Sequence record: DRR723986_7088 | Direction: 5' to 3' (one strand) | DNA: 61,629 nt | Part shown: piece by piece, positions 1 to 9,820 of the stretch | Layout: each line of letters opens with the position of its first letter | Position numbering within the stretch: the stretch's first letter is position 1 | Notes under the pieces: model-generated | Told to the model about the DNA's origin: nothing | What the model saw: the letters and a program-made list of their open reading frames with translations, nothing else | Database searches by the model: none | Program-made: the position numbers and the translations under genes

Positions 1-28
1 GCGCGCTACCAGACTGCGCTATACCCCG
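1..28 (-). tRNA. tRNA-Pro, 5' part only (truncated by window edge)
   Basis: Reverse complement reads CGGGGTATAGCGCAGTCTGGTAGCGCGC: C1-starting acceptor stem and D-arm typical of gammaproteobacterial tRNA-Pro. The anticodon lies outside the window. Confidence 0.85.
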
Positions 29-60
29 AAACATGTGTAACTCATGCCCCCTTACAGGAG

Positions 61-113
61 CTGCGCATGATACGCAGACACCTCTGAGGCGTCAACAATT
101 TTAGAAAAAAAAC
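61..113 (-). promoter_or_regulatory. sigma70 stable-RNA-type promoter for the tRNA
   Basis: Minus strand TTGACG (95-90), 17 bp spacer, TATCAT (72-67), GC-rich discriminator GCGCAG, and an A/T tract upstream resembling an UP element. Confidence 0.75.
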
Positions 114-194
114 TTACGACTTTATTGGCCAGTGCATTTTCGGCGTGCGACAATAACAGCTTATTTTCAATCATCTTTTTCGGAGACAACCGGG

Positions 195-1040
195 ATGGCG
201 GCACAAATTCTGGACGGCAAGGCACTGGCGGCAAGCTGGGAACAACAGCTTTCAACTCGAGTGGCAGCACTCAAAGAAAAGTCCGGTGGCAAAACCCCCA
301 TTCTGGCGACGATTTTGGTTGGCGACGACCCCGCCTCTGCGACGTACGTAAAGATGAAAGGTAACGCCTGCAGACGCGTGGGCATGGACTCTATGGCCGT
401 TGAGCTGCCCTCCTCCACGACCACCGAGCAGTTGCTGGCAAAGATCGACGAACTGAATAACGACAGCAATGTGCACGGCATCCTCCTTCAACACCCCGTG
501 CCCGCCCAAATTGATGAGCGCGCCTGTTTTGACGCTATCGCCTTGCATAAAGATGTCGACGGCGTCACCTGCCTGGGCTTCGGCCGCATGGCCATGGGCG
601 AAGACGCCTACGGCTGCGCCACCCCCAAAGGCATCATGCGCCTGTTGGAGCACTATAAGATTGATATCGAAGGCAAGCATGCTGTTGTCGTTGGCCGCAG
701 CGCGATTCTTGGCAAGCCCATGGCAATGATGTTGCTGGAAGCCAATGCCACAGTCACCATTTGCCACTCCCGAACGCAAAATTTGCCCGCACTGATCAAG
801 CAGGCCGATATTCTCGTCGGCGCCGTGGGCAAACCGGAGTTTATTAAAGCTGAGTGGGTGAAAGATGGCGCCGTTGTCGTCGATGCCGGTTACCACCCAG
901 GCGGCGTTGGCGATATTGAACTCGCCCCGCTGCACGAGCGCGCAAGTGCCATTACTCCGGTACCGGGCGGTGTTGGCCCCATGACCATTAACACCCTCAT
1001 ATTCCAAAGCGTCGATTCAGGCGAGAAAGCACTGGCCTAA
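195..1040 (+). CDS. folD: bifunctional methylenetetrahydrofolate dehydrogenase/cyclohydrolase
   Basis: MAAQILDGK start after GGAG; motifs [30 protein letters not shown]. Confidence 0.97.
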   Translation: MAAQILDGKALAASWEQQLSTRVAALKEKSGGKTPILATILVGDDPASATYVKMKGNACRRVGMDSMAVELPSSTTTEQLLAKIDELNNDSNVHGILLQHPVPAQIDERACFDAIALHKDVDGVTCLGFGRMAMGEDAYGCATPKGIMRLLEHYKIDIEGKHAVVVGRSAILGKPMAMMLLEANATVTICHSRTQNLPALIKQADILVGAVGKPEFIKAEWVKDGAVVVDAGYHPGGVGDIELAPLHERASAITPVPGGVGPMTINTLIFQSVDSGEKALA

Positions 1041-1049
1041 GGCGACTCC

Positions 1050-1706
1050 GTGGCAAAACGACAACGCAAGCCCAAGGTTATTGGCCCGGGGCAGAAGGCA
1101 GCACGCGGTATTTTAATCGGCTTTATGCACGGTTTATTTTTGCTGACGCGCAGCGTGCGCTTTCGCAATAAACCCAGCATTGAAACGCCGTGCGTAATCG
1201 CGGTGTTTCACGACGAGCTACTGCCGCTGTGCAAGTACTTTGCGCACAGCAACGCCAGCACGATCGCGTCACAGAATCACTTTGGTTACGCCATCGGTAA
1301 AGCCCTAGAGCGCTACGGTTACCAAGTGGCACTTGGCTCACCGAGCCGCGGCGGCCGCGATGCGTTTTTCCAGCTGTTGCGAAGAAGTAAAACGGCATCG
1401 GTAACGGTATTCACGGTAGACGGCTCTCGCGGCCCACGCCACGAAATGAAAGCCGGCGCGGTAGCACTCGCGAGAAAGACCGGACTCCCGCTCTACTTAA
1501 TGCGTGTGGATTACAAAGGCTGGCGGATTCAATCGACCTGGGACAAATTCAAGGTTCCACTGCCCTTTACTTCAGTGACATTCCATAACGAGCGCTTCCC
1601 GCTTGAAGATTATTCAGCAGACACGGATGTGGATGCGATAACGAAGGTTGCCGAGCGCCGACTGCAAGGACTGCTGGCTGACGACTACCGGCAAGAGAAG
1701 GTATAG
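1050..1706 (+). CDS. DUF374 / lysophospholipid acyltransferase family protein (LpxJ-like)
   Basis: Motifs AVFHDELL, GSPSRGG, TVDGSRGP, KAGAVALA, TWDKFKVPLPF match the DUF374 pattern; GTG start 9 bp after the folD stop. Confidence 0.75.
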   Translation: MAKRQRKPKVIGPGQKAARGILIGFMHGLFLLTRSVRFRNKPSIETPCVIAVFHDELLPLCKYFAHSNASTIASQNHFGYAIGKALERYGYQVALGSPSRGGRDAFFQLLRRSKTASVTVFTVDGSRGPRHEMKAGAVALARKTGLPLYLMRVDYKGWRIQSTWDKFKVPLPFTSVTFHNERFPLEDYSADTDVDAITKVAERRLQGLLADDYRQEKV

Positions 1707-1708
1707 CC

Positions 1709-2074
1709 ATGTGGCTTAAGCGCTGGCAGCAATGGCTGCTGCTGTCCGTGTACGCCACTGTAATCACCGCCCTATCACTAACGCCCGCCAGCACCATGCC
1801 GGACATCACGCTCTGGGACAAAGCCCAACACTTCATTGCCTACGCAGTGTTTATGGGCTTCGCTTATCCGGTTGCCAACACCCTGCGCGGGCGCCTGCTA
1901 TTCGCCATCGCGATTATTCTCTACAGCGCCGCCATGGAATACGGGCAATCCTGGATGCCCGGCCGCGCGCCCTCAGGCGGCGACCTGCTTGCCAATAGCC
2001 TCGGAGTGGTTATTGCCTTTGCAATAATGAGCGCGGTTGGCGCAATAATTAAACGCCGACGTCGGCGAGCTTAG
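1709..2074 (+). CDS. VanZ-family membrane protein
   Basis: [28 protein letters not shown] signature; hydrophobic segments. Confidence 0.85.
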   Translation: MWLKRWQQWLLLSVYATVITALSLTPASTMPDITLWDKAQHFIAYAVFMGFAYPVANTLRGRLLFAIAIILYSAAMEYGQSWMPGRAPSGGDLLANSLGVVIAFAIMSAVGAIIKRRRRRA

Positions 2075-3468
2075 GCCCGCCGCCAGGTCGTGCCCTCGCG
2101 ACTGTCTTCTAGCACAACCCCACCTTCAAGCAGTTGAGCACGAATACCGTCGGCGCGAGCAAAATCCCGGTCTTTCTTGGCCTGCACCCGCTCGGCGATC
2201 AAGGATTCAATCTCCTCGGCGCTCAATTCGCCCACACTACCTGCCTGCAGGAAGGCCTCTGCCTCGCAACCCAGGATGCCCAGTATCGCACCGAGCGAAC
2301 GCAGCAGCGCCGCCTGTTCCGTCACTGCTGCGTCCTCGCCAGCGGCGCGGGCGTTATTGAGCTCGCGCACCAGGTCAAATAACACAGCCAGCGCTTCCGG
2401 CGCTGCAAAGTCATCACTCATGGCCGCATCAAAGCGCTGCACATAGCGATTGTCTGCTGGCAATTCGTTGTATGGCGTTACCGGCTCGACGGGCAGCCCT
2501 TTCAGGGCGTGGTAGAAGCGCTCGAGGTTTTGCCTTGCGATTTGCAGATTATCCTCGGAGTAGTTGATGGCGCTGCGGTAGTGACTGGAGATCAGAAAAT
2601 AGCGCACCACCTCCGGGTGATATTTGTCGAGAATTTCCCTAATAGTGAAGAAGTTACCCAGTGACTTGGACATCTTTTCGTTGTCCACACGCACGGCCCC
2701 GGCATGCATCCAGGTGTTCGCATAGGGCTTACCGGTAGCCGCCTCAGACTGCGCGATTTCGTTTTCATGGTGAGGGAAAACCAAATCCGGGCCACCGCCA
2801 TGAATGTCAAAATTATCGCCCAGGCAGCAGGTGGACATCGCCGAGCACTCGATGTGCCAACCAGGACGCCCCTCTCCCCAGGGTGACGGCCAGCTGACTT
2901 CGCCACTTTTTGCGGCCTTCCACAGCGCAAAATCGCGCGGGTCTTCTTTGGCCTCGTCAACCGCTATTCGCGCTCCCGATAGCAATTCGTCTGGCTTCTT
3001 ACCGGATAGCTTGCCGTAGCCCTCGAAGCGACTCACACGATAGTAAACATCGCCGTTGTCTGCCGCGTAGGCAAAGCCGCGCTCGATCAACCGTGCGATC
3101 ATTGCCAGAATATCTTCTATATGCCCAGTCGCTCGCGGCTCGGCATCCGGAGGCGCTATCCCCAAACGCTCCGCATCTTCATGCATCGCCGTAATGAAGC
3201 GCTCGGTCAACGCGGTGTAATCCTCGCCGTTTTCGTCTGCACGGCGCAGGATCTTGTCATCGATGTCGGTGATATTGCGCACATAGTTCAGCTCGTAACC
3301 CTTGGCGCGCAAATAGCGGCTGATCACATCAAAAGCCACCAACACCCGCGCGTGCCCCAAGTGGCAGTAGTCGTAGACGGTCATGCCGCAAACGTACATC
3401 TTCACTTTGCCAGCTTCGATCGGTGTAAAGGCTTCTTTCTTGCGACTCAGGGTGTTGTATATCTGCAT
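2071..3468 (-). CDS. cysS: cysteine--tRNA ligase
   Basis: [30 protein letters not shown] motifs. Confidence 0.98.
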   Translation of the reverse strand: MQIYNTLSRKKEAFTPIEAGKVKMYVCGMTVYDYCHLGHARVLVAFDVISRYLRAKGYELNYVRNITDIDDKILRRADENGEDYTALTERFITAMHEDAERLGIAPPDAEPRATGHIEDILAMIARLIERGFAYAADNGDVYYRVSRFEGYGKLSGKKPDELLSGARIAVDEAKEDPRDFALWKAAKSGEVSWPSPWGEGRPGWHIECSAMSTCCLGDNFDIHGGGPDLVFPHHENEIAQSEAATGKPYANTWMHAGAVRVDNEKMSKSLGNFFTIREILDKYHPEVVRYFLISSHYRSAINYSEDNLQIARQNLERFYHALKGLPVEPVTPYNELPADNRYVQRFDAAMSDDFAAPEALAVLFDLVRELNNARAAGEDAAVTEQAALLRSLGAILGILGCEAEAFLQAGSVGELSAEEIESLIAERVQAKKDRDFARADGIRAQLLEGGVVLEDSREGTTWRRA

Positions 3469-3563
3469 ACTGATGCTTTCGCTTATTCCGTCGGCGCGTA
3501 GAGAAGCGCCGAGTATCTATTTAAGGGTAGTGACTATTTATGTGTCGTGCCTATGTGGTGGCC

Positions 3564-5240
3564 TCAGGCCTCCGCCTTACCCCAACTATCGCGCAGCGCA
3601 ATTGTGCGGTTGAATACGGGCTGCTCCGCCGAGTGCTCGTAACGGTCAGCAACGAAATAGCCGGTGCGCTCAAATTGGAAACGGCTCTCCGGTGCGCAAT
3701 TGGCCAAGCCCGGCTCTATCCAGCAGTCTTCCACAACACTCAATGAGTCGGGGTTAACATGCTCCAAGAAATCTTCACCGCCGCGATCCGGTGAGGCGTG
3801 GTTAAAGAGCCGGTCATAAATGCGAACCGTCGCCCGACGACCTTCACTGGCAGAAACCCAGTGAATCACCCCCTTGGGCTTTACGCCATCGCTGGGGTCT
3901 GCACCGAGAGTATCTGGGTCATAGCTGCAGTGAACCTCAACAATATTGCCCTGCTCATCTTTGACCACCTGCTCAGCGAGCAGCACATAGGCATTGCGCA
4001 ACCGCACTTTTTTACCCAGCACCAGCCGTTTGAACTTCTTGTTCGCCTCTTCACGGAAATCATCACGCTCGATATAAACCTCGCGCGTGAACGGTAGCTG
4101 GCGCTCACCCAGGTCATCGCGATTGGGGTGGCCCGGTGCACCAAGCTGCTCCACCTGGCCCTGCGGGTAATTGTGAATAACCAGCTTAAGCGGATCCATC
4201 ACACACATTGCGCGCGGCGCATTTTTATCGAGATCATCGCGGATCGCGTGCTCAAGCATCGCCATGTCGACAATCCCCTCACTGCGGGCCACACCCACCA
4301 TCTCGCAAAAGTGGCGCAGCGCTGCAGGCGTAAAGCCACGGCGACGCATCCCGGCAATAGTCGGCATGCGCGGGTCATCCCAGCCAGCGACAATCTTCTC
4401 GTCAACCAGAGCTTTCAATTTGCGCTTGCTGGTAACGGTGTAATTGATATTCAGACGCGCAAATTCATACTGCTTGGGCTCGGCTGGCACCGGCAGATTT
4501 TCTATAAACCATTCGTACAGCGGGCGATGATCTTCAAACTCCAAGGTGCAGATCGAGTGCGTAATCCCCTCAATGGCATCGGACTGACCGTGAGTGAAGT
4601 CGTAGGTGGGATAAATACACCACTTATCACCCGTTTGGTGATGGGTCTGCTTGCGTATGCGGTAAATAATCGGGTCGCGCAAATTGATATTCGGCGCTGA
4701 CATATCGATTTTGGCGCGCAGCACTTTCGCACCCTCTTCGTATTCACCGTTGCGCATCGCCTCAAACTCAGCGAGGTTCTCTTCAGGACTGCGCTCGCGA
4801 AAGGGGCTGTTTCGGCCCGGCTCAGTTAACGTGCCGCGATACTCTCGCGCCTGCTCTGCGCTAAGTTCGCACACGTATGCCTTACCGGCGTTGATCAACG
4901 CCACCGCGTAGTCATAGAGCGTGTCAAAATAATCAGAGGCATAGCGCACCGGGCCGGCCCACTGATAGCCCAACCACTGAATATCTTCCTGAATAGCATC
5001 GATATAGGCCTGCTCTTCCTTGGCAGGGTTGGTGTCGTCGAAACGCAAATGGCACTGGCCGCCAAAATGCTCAGCCAGACCAAAGTTCAGGCAAATCGAC
5101 TTGGCGTGACCAATATGTAAAAAGCCATTGGGCTCCGGAGGAAATCGGGTGACCAGTGAACCACTCAGGCGGCCTTCCTCGATATCCTTGCGGATGATGC
5201 CGCGCAAAAAGTTATTACCAGTGACGTCTTGTTCACTCAT
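3564..5240 (-). CDS. glnS: glutamine--tRNA ligase
   Basis: [36 protein letters not shown]. Start trimmed to MSEQDV. Confidence 0.97.
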   Translation of the reverse strand: MSEQDVTGNNFLRGIIRKDIEEGRLSGSLVTRFPPEPNGFLHIGHAKSICLNFGLAEHFGGQCHLRFDDTNPAKEEQAYIDAIQEDIQWLGYQWAGPVRYASDYFDTLYDYAVALINAGKAYVCELSAEQAREYRGTLTEPGRNSPFRERSPEENLAEFEAMRNGEYEEGAKVLRAKIDMSAPNINLRDPIIYRIRKQTHHQTGDKWCIYPTYDFTHGQSDAIEGITHSICTLEFEDHRPLYEWFIENLPVPAEPKQYEFARLNINYTVTSKRKLKALVDEKIVAGWDDPRMPTIAGMRRRGFTPAALRHFCEMVGVARSEGIVDMAMLEHAIRDDLDKNAPRAMCVMDPLKLVIHNYPQGQVEQLGAPGHPNRDDLGERQLPFTREVYIERDDFREEANKKFKRLVLGKKVRLRNAYVLLAEQVVKDEQGNIVEVHCSYDPDTLGADPSDGVKPKGVIHWVSASEGRRATVRIYDRLFNHASPDRGGEDFLEHVNPDSLSVVEDCWIEPGLANCAPESRFQFERTGYFVADRYEHSAEQPVFNRTIALRDSWGKAEA

Positions 5241-5390
5241 TGAATCGCAAATCTCTTGGTTTATTGCGCCAGTGACAGGCGCACGATGCATAAAGGTTGT
5301 CGACGGCAAACGTAGGCCCGGTTTCGCCGCCAATGCAAAAACCGTATTATAGCGGCTTTAATTTCGGCTTATAAGCGAGAATCAACGCAA

Positions 5391-5885
5391 ATGGTTATCT
5401 TTAAAACAAATTTTGGTGACATCAAGATCGAACTCGACTTCGAAAACGCGCCCAAGACCGCAGAAAATTTTAAGCAGTACGTTGAGGAAGGCTTTTACGA
5501 CGGCACCATCTTCCACCGCGTTATCGACGGTTTTATGATTCAAGGCGGCGGTTTCGAGCCCGGCATGAAGCAAAAAGCAACCCGCGAGCCCATAGAAAAC
5601 GAGGCAGACAACGGCCTCAAAAACACCGTCGGCACCCTGGCAATGGCACGCACCATGGATCCGCACTCTGCCAGCGCTCAATTCTTTATCAATGTGAAAG
5701 ACAACGACTTCCTGAACCACAGCGGCAAAAACATGCAGGGCTGGGGCTACGCGGTATTTGGCAAAGTCAGCGAAGGTATGGACGTGGTTGAAAAAATTAA
5801 AGCGGTACGCACTACCAGCGCCGCGGGTCATCAAGACGTTCCCGCTGAAGATGTGATCATCGAAAAAGCGGAGTGGCAAGGCTAG
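5391..5885 (+). CDS. ppiB: cyclophilin-type peptidyl-prolyl cis-trans isomerase B
   Basis: [31 protein letters not shown]; glnS-ppiB-lpxH synteny. Confidence 0.96.
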   Translation: MVIFKTNFGDIKIELDFENAPKTAENFKQYVEEGFYDGTIFHRVIDGFMIQGGGFEPGMKQKATREPIENEADNGLKNTVGTLAMARTMDPHSASAQFFINVKDNDFLNHSGKNMQGWGYAVFGKVSEGMDVVEKIKAVRTTSAAGHQDVPAEDVIIEKAEWQG

Positions 5886-5888
5886 GCT

Positions 5889-6611
5889 ATGCGCAGTCTG
5901 TTTATTTCAGACTTGCACCTAGACGAGCAGCGCCCGGATATCACCCGGGCGTTCTGCCAGTTTTTGCAAGACGACGCCTCCCAGGCGAACGCACTCTACA
6001 TTCTTGGCGACTTCTTTGAGAGCTGGCTGGGCGACGATGACAGTAGCCCCCTTATTGAACAGATCAAAATCGCCCTCCTAGAACTCGGCAATACCGGCTG
6101 CCAAGTGTATTTTATGCACGGCAATCGCGACTTCTTAGTCGGTGATGCATTTTGCCAAGCGGTCTCGGCAACACGCCTCGACGATCCCTGCGTGATCGAT
6201 TTACTCGGCGAACCCACGCTGTTGATGCATGGCGATAGCCTATGCACTGGCGACGCCGAATATATGCAGTTTCGGGCAATGGCTCGCTCTCCAGAGTGGC
6301 AGGCACAGGTGTTAAGCAAAAGCCTTAGCGAGCGTCGCACCCTCGCCAAACAGCTGCGCGCCGCCAGCAATGAAGCCAATAGCAACAAAGCCGAAGATAT
6401 CATGGACGTCACGCCCTCAGAGGTAGAACGCATCATGACCCAGCATCGTTGCCAGCGACTGATTCACGGGCACACTCATCGTCCCGCACGACATGCTTTC
6501 ACCCTTAACAACAAGCCAGCGGAACGCATCGTACTCGGCGACTGGCACCGCCAAGGCTGGGTGCTCGATTGCCGGGATAGCGAGATCGTACTCCGCGCCT
6601 TCGATACGTAA
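5889..6611 (+). CDS. lpxH: UDP-2,3-diacylglucosamine diphosphatase
   Basis: FISDLHL, LGDFFE, GNRDF, HGD, HGHTHRP, VLGDW metallophosphoesterase motifs; follows ppiB. Confidence 0.95.
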   Translation: MRSLFISDLHLDEQRPDITRAFCQFLQDDASQANALYILGDFFESWLGDDDSSPLIEQIKIALLELGNTGCQVYFMHGNRDFLVGDAFCQAVSATRLDDPCVIDLLGEPTLLMHGDSLCTGDAEYMQFRAMARSPEWQAQVLSKSLSERRTLAKQLRAASNEANSNKAEDIMDVTPSEVERIMTQHRCQRLIHGHTHRPARHAFTLNNKPAERIVLGDWHRQGWVLDCRDSEIVLRAFDT

Positions 6612-6615
6612 ATTA

Positions 6616-6661
6616 CGCACCACTTTTGGGCGTTTGCGAGAGGCCGCCCCAAACTCGCGCA
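6616..6661. promoter_or_regulatory. two putative NtrC enhancer sites
   Basis: CGCACCACTTTTGGGCG (6616-6632) and CGCCCCAAACTCGCGCA (6645-6661) resemble TGCACCA-N3-TGGTGCA. They are 29 bp apart and about 85-130 bp upstream of a sigma54 promoter. Confidence 0.55.
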
Positions 6662-6743
6662 CTTTCTTTTTCACCGGGACGGTATGGCATGCCCGTCATT
6701 AGCGCCCACACTGCACAACGCACCCCGAAAGTCCCCAAGAATA

Positions 6744-6760
6744 CTGGCATAAGTATTGCT
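6744..6760 (+). promoter_or_regulatory. sigma54 (RpoN) -24/-12 promoter
   Basis: CTGGCAT-AAGTA-TTGCT, near-consensus TGGCAC-N5-TTGCW, 50 bp upstream of the nasS-like start. Confidence 0.85.
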
Positions 6761-6810
6761 GAGTTACCCCGTAAATAACGACCAATACGGTAACATCAGG
6801 AACTCTTGGC

Positions 6811-8109
6811 ATGCCCCACCCCACAACGGCAACACCGCCAGAAAAGCCGCGCCTGCGGCTGGGCTTCATCCCTCTCACGGATTGCGCACCCTTGGTCATT
6901 GCCTTTGAGAAAGGCTACTTCGCAGCAGAAGGCCTTGACGTTGAGCTTTGCCGGGAAACCTCATGGGCCGCCATTCGCGACAAAGTAGGCTTGGGAATTC
7001 TGGATGGGGCGCAGATGCTCGCCTCCATGCCACTGGCCAGCCGACTCGGCATTGGCGGTCCACGTTTCGATTTTGTCAGCGGTATGGTTCTGGATCTCAA
7101 CGGCAATGCCATTACGCTCAGCAATGACCTGTTCCAACACCTGGCCGCTATTGACCCCCATTCCGCTCGCTGCCCCAGCGCCGCCGCAGAGGCGCTAAAG
7201 CAGCACCTTCAAGTGCGCGAGGCATCAGCCGCGCCCTTGCGCCTGGGCATCGTTTACCCCTGCTCAACCCAGAGTTTTGAGCTGCGTTATTGGCTGGCGA
7301 GCGCTGGCATCGACCCCGAGCGCGATGTCGAGCTGGTCGTGGTACCACCACCGAAGATGGTTACCGCGTTGAGCGAGGGTAATATCGACGGCTTTTGTGT
7401 TGGCGAACCGTGGAATACGCTGGCCGTTCAACAACGACTCGGGCATGTCGTGGCGACCAAATACCAATTGTGGAACAACAGCCCGGAGAAAGTCTTCGCT
7501 GTCACCGAGCAATGGAGCCACCATCACCCCAACAGCCACCGAGCAGTGCTTCGTGCACTGCTTCGGGCCTGCCAATGGCTGGATAAAAAAGAGAACCGTC
7601 GTCGCGCCGCCAAGATCATTAGTCAAGCTGCCTATATCGCGCTACCCGAGGACACTGTTGCGCTATCACTCCGCGGCTTCTCTCAGCGCCATCACGGGGA
7701 AGCCCCGGAAGAGGTGGCCGACTTCCATGTTTTCCACCGCTACTGCGCCAACTTTCCCTGGCTGAGCCACATCGATTGGTACATCTCACAAATGTACCGC
7801 TGGCAACTGTTAAAAACGCCCATCAAGCTCGACGACACGGCAAGGGCCATTTTCAAACCCGACTTATATCGCCAGGTCGCCGCCTCCCTGGGAATCGACA
7901 GCCCCCAGATCGACCGCAAAACGGAGGGCAATCTGCCTCACAAAATGCTGTTTTCAGACTCCCAGCAGCTGGGACCCAACCAGTTTATAGATGGAAAAAT
8001 CATTGGGGTTGGCGGGACCTTAAAGTATCTCGAAGCGCTGCCGCTACCAGAGCCCGAGTTGTCGGCACTGCGGCTTATGAACCCCCAACAAGCATCGGCA
8101 CGCGGATGA
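6811..8109 (+). CDS. nasS: NasS-like cytoplasmic nitrate/nitrite-sensor family protein (CmpA/NrtA fold)
   Basis: PEKPRLRLGFIPLTDCAPLVIA, SWAAIRD, LRYWLASAGIDP, GFCVGEPWN, PEKV. No signal peptide or lipobox; coupled to an ANTAR-family gene rather than ABC permease/ATPase genes. Confidence 0.8.
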   Translation: MPHPTTATPPEKPRLRLGFIPLTDCAPLVIAFEKGYFAAEGLDVELCRETSWAAIRDKVGLGILDGAQMLASMPLASRLGIGGPRFDFVSGMVLDLNGNAITLSNDLFQHLAAIDPHSARCPSAAAEALKQHLQVREASAAPLRLGIVYPCSTQSFELRYWLASAGIDPERDVELVVVPPPKMVTALSEGNIDGFCVGEPWNTLAVQQRLGHVVATKYQLWNNSPEKVFAVTEQWSHHHPNSHRAVLRALLRACQWLDKKENRRRAAKIISQAAYIALPEDTVALSLRGFSQRHHGEAPEEVADFHVFHRYCANFPWLSHIDWYISQMYRWQLLKTPIKLDDTARAIFKPDLYRQVAASLGIDSPQIDRKTEGNLPHKMLFSDSQQLGPNQFIDGKIIGVGGTLKYLEALPLPEPELSALRLMNPQQASARG

Positions 8110-8672
8110 GAGCACTACTTATCGACCTAGCATCTGAGGACGCCAAGCACTTGGCAACAGCACTCGCTCGCGCCGGCATCGAATGCAGAAGCACGGAAAA
8201 GGACAGCGACCTGTACGATGAGCTGGAGCGATGGCCACCGGAGCTCATTTTCGTCCGTACTGGCTCGCCACGGCGCGATGTGCTGGAACATGTCGCCCAT
8301 ACCCGACGCGACAGCCCCCAAACCATTATCAGTCTCTTCGGCAGAGCATCTGAGGGGATCGCTCGGCTAGCCGCCGAACTCGATATCAGCCTTTACGCCA
8401 TCAGCAGCCTTCGCGACAGTTTGCTGCAAGCGCTAATTGATATCGCGATTAGCGAGCTTCACAGCCATCAGCAGTTGCACACTGAAGTCGCTGCTGCGCA
8501 ATTTTCATCCAAACAGCGGCTGAAAACCCATGAAGCTATCACCTTCATCGTGGACAACTTCTCGCTTGCCCCCCACCAGGCCGAGGCCCTGCTAAAGAAA
8601 AATGCACAGCGACAAAACCGCAGTGTCGAAGACCTAGCGGACCAACTGCTCAGCACCGGCTCCATGGGCTAG
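8106..8672 (+). CDS. nasT: NasT-like pseudo-receiver/ANTAR antiterminator, divergent
   Basis: ATGA overlap with nasS. MRALLID...PELIFVRTGSPRRDVLE...LIDIA aligns by eye with the NasT receiver; C-terminal helical ANTAR-like region EAITFIV...AEALLKKNAQRQNRSVEDLADQLL. Confidence 0.7.
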   Translation: MRALLIDLASEDAKHLATALARAGIECRSTEKDSDLYDELERWPPELIFVRTGSPRRDVLEHVAHTRRDSPQTIISLFGRASEGIARLAAELDISLYAISSLRDSLLQALIDIAISELHSHQQLHTEVAAAQFSSKQRLKTHEAITFIVDNFSLAPHQAEALLKKNAQRQNRSVEDLADQLLSTGSMG

Positions 8673-8690
8673 ACCGCAGCAGCCGGCACC

Positions 8691-9302
8691 TTAGGCTGCG
8701 AGCAGCGGCCCGCTATGGAACCGGAATACCTCATCAGGCGTGAGAATCAACTCTTTCTCTCGCTCACAAAACAGCGCGACACGCGGCGCGATGGGCTCGT
8801 CTGAATAGCGCTGTGCAAGGCTTAAATAGTCTTTGAAATGCCGGGACTCGGACTTGAGCAGGGAGAGGTAGAATGCACCCAGTTCGTCATCGAGTTCCGG
8901 CGCGATCCGCGCAAAACGCTCACAACTGCGAGCCTCTATCAACGCACCACAGACCAGGATATCCACTAATTTACCGGGATCGCTGCTGCGGCACAGCTCA
9001 CGCAACCCGTTTGCGTAGCGCGCCGACGAGATATGCCGGTAGGCAACCCCGCGTTTTTTCATTATCGCCAGCACCTGCTCAAAGTGTCGCAACTCTTCAC
9101 GAGCAAGCCGGGACATCTTGTTGAGAAGATCCAGTTTATCCACATAGCGAAACATTAAGTTCAGCGCAGTGCCCGCGGCCTTTTTTTCGCAGTTGGCATG
9201 ATCAATGAGCAGCTCTTCGGGGTGGGCTAAGGCGGCATCAACCCATTCATTGGGCGTCTCGCAGGGGAGAAAATCCAGAATTTCAGAAATGTCGACGGCC
9301 AT
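8691..9302 (-). CDS. miaE: tRNA-(ms2io6A37) hydroxylase
   Basis: LLIDHANCEKKAA, REELRHFEQV, IEARSCERF, SESRHF, FRFHSG di-iron motifs. ATG at 9302; alternative GTG at 9308. Confidence 0.93.
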   Translation of the reverse strand: MAVDISEILDFLPCETPNEWVDAALAHPEELLIDHANCEKKAAGTALNLMFRYVDKLDLLNKMSRLAREELRHFEQVLAIMKKRGVAYRHISSARYANGLRELCRSSDPGKLVDILVCGALIEARSCERFARIAPELDDELGAFYLSLLKSESRHFKDYLSLAQRYSDEPIAPRVALFCEREKELILTPDEVFRFHSGPLLAA

Positions 9303-9352
9303 ACTCACTGCCCTGAAAAAACGCGGAAGTATATCAGTACGATGGGCCGGCC

Positions 9353-9820
9353 TCAGCCCTCTTTTTGCATATAACGGCCGATGTAGCGCTCGTAGTGAGC
9401 CTGCGAAAGCAGGTAGAACTCGCGGTCAATGGCCTCCCGCAATTCCAGCAGGCTACTGTCGCGCCAGACACTATCGACAACAAAGCCATACTTTCGCGGC
9501 TCTGTTATTTGCCCGGCACCGGCGCGCAGCAATTGAAACAACCATATGTAAGGGTCTTTCTGCGCGGGATAGCGCACACGTTGCACGCCCAACTGCCAGG
9601 CCAGCAGCTCGGCATTAATAATATGAAGTTTGTCCTGCATCACCTGCACCAGGAACTGGTCCAGGCGTTCATCAATGATGCGCTTCTGCTCCTGGCTGTA
9701 GCTATTCCAGTGAATCACCTCGTGACAAAAACGCTTGCAGCCACGGCAAACATCATCACCGATACCAGTAGAGCAAACACCAATACAAGGTGTCGCCACA
9801 CGGCGTAGCAAATCAGACAA
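9353..9820 (-). CDS. DUF1289 domain protein (Cys-rich, putative Fe-S)
   Basis: TPCIGVCSTGIGDDVCRGCKRFCHEVIHWN; TTG start at 9820 preceded by GGGAG. Confidence 0.85.
   Translation of the reverse strand: MSDLLRRVATPCIGVCSTGIGDDVCRGCKRFCHEVIHWNSYSQEQKRIIDERLDQFLVQVMQDKLHIINAELLAWQLGVQRVRYPAQKDPYIWLFQLLRAGAGQITEPRKYGFVVDSVWRDSSLLELREAIDREFYLLSQAHYERYIGRYMQKEG

Noticed and set aside
132..194. Upstream in-frame extensions of folD (also glnS, leuD, fimV, flavodoxin, smc, DUF1289)
   Set aside because: Family similarity and, where visible, RBS placement support the downstream starts used.
6685..6700. Second TGGCAT as another sigma54 promoter
   Set aside because: No TTGC element at the required spacing.
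6770..6840. ANTAR dual-hairpin target or terminator in the nasS leader
   Set aside because: Only a 3-bp ACC/GGT stem and a lone CAACGGC are present; no paired hexaloop hairpins or terminator.
7776..8105. N-terminal 110 aa of the 298-aa ORF 7776..8672
   Set aside because: It overlaps nasS in another frame; NasT similarity begins at the ATG at 8106, which overlaps the nasS stop.
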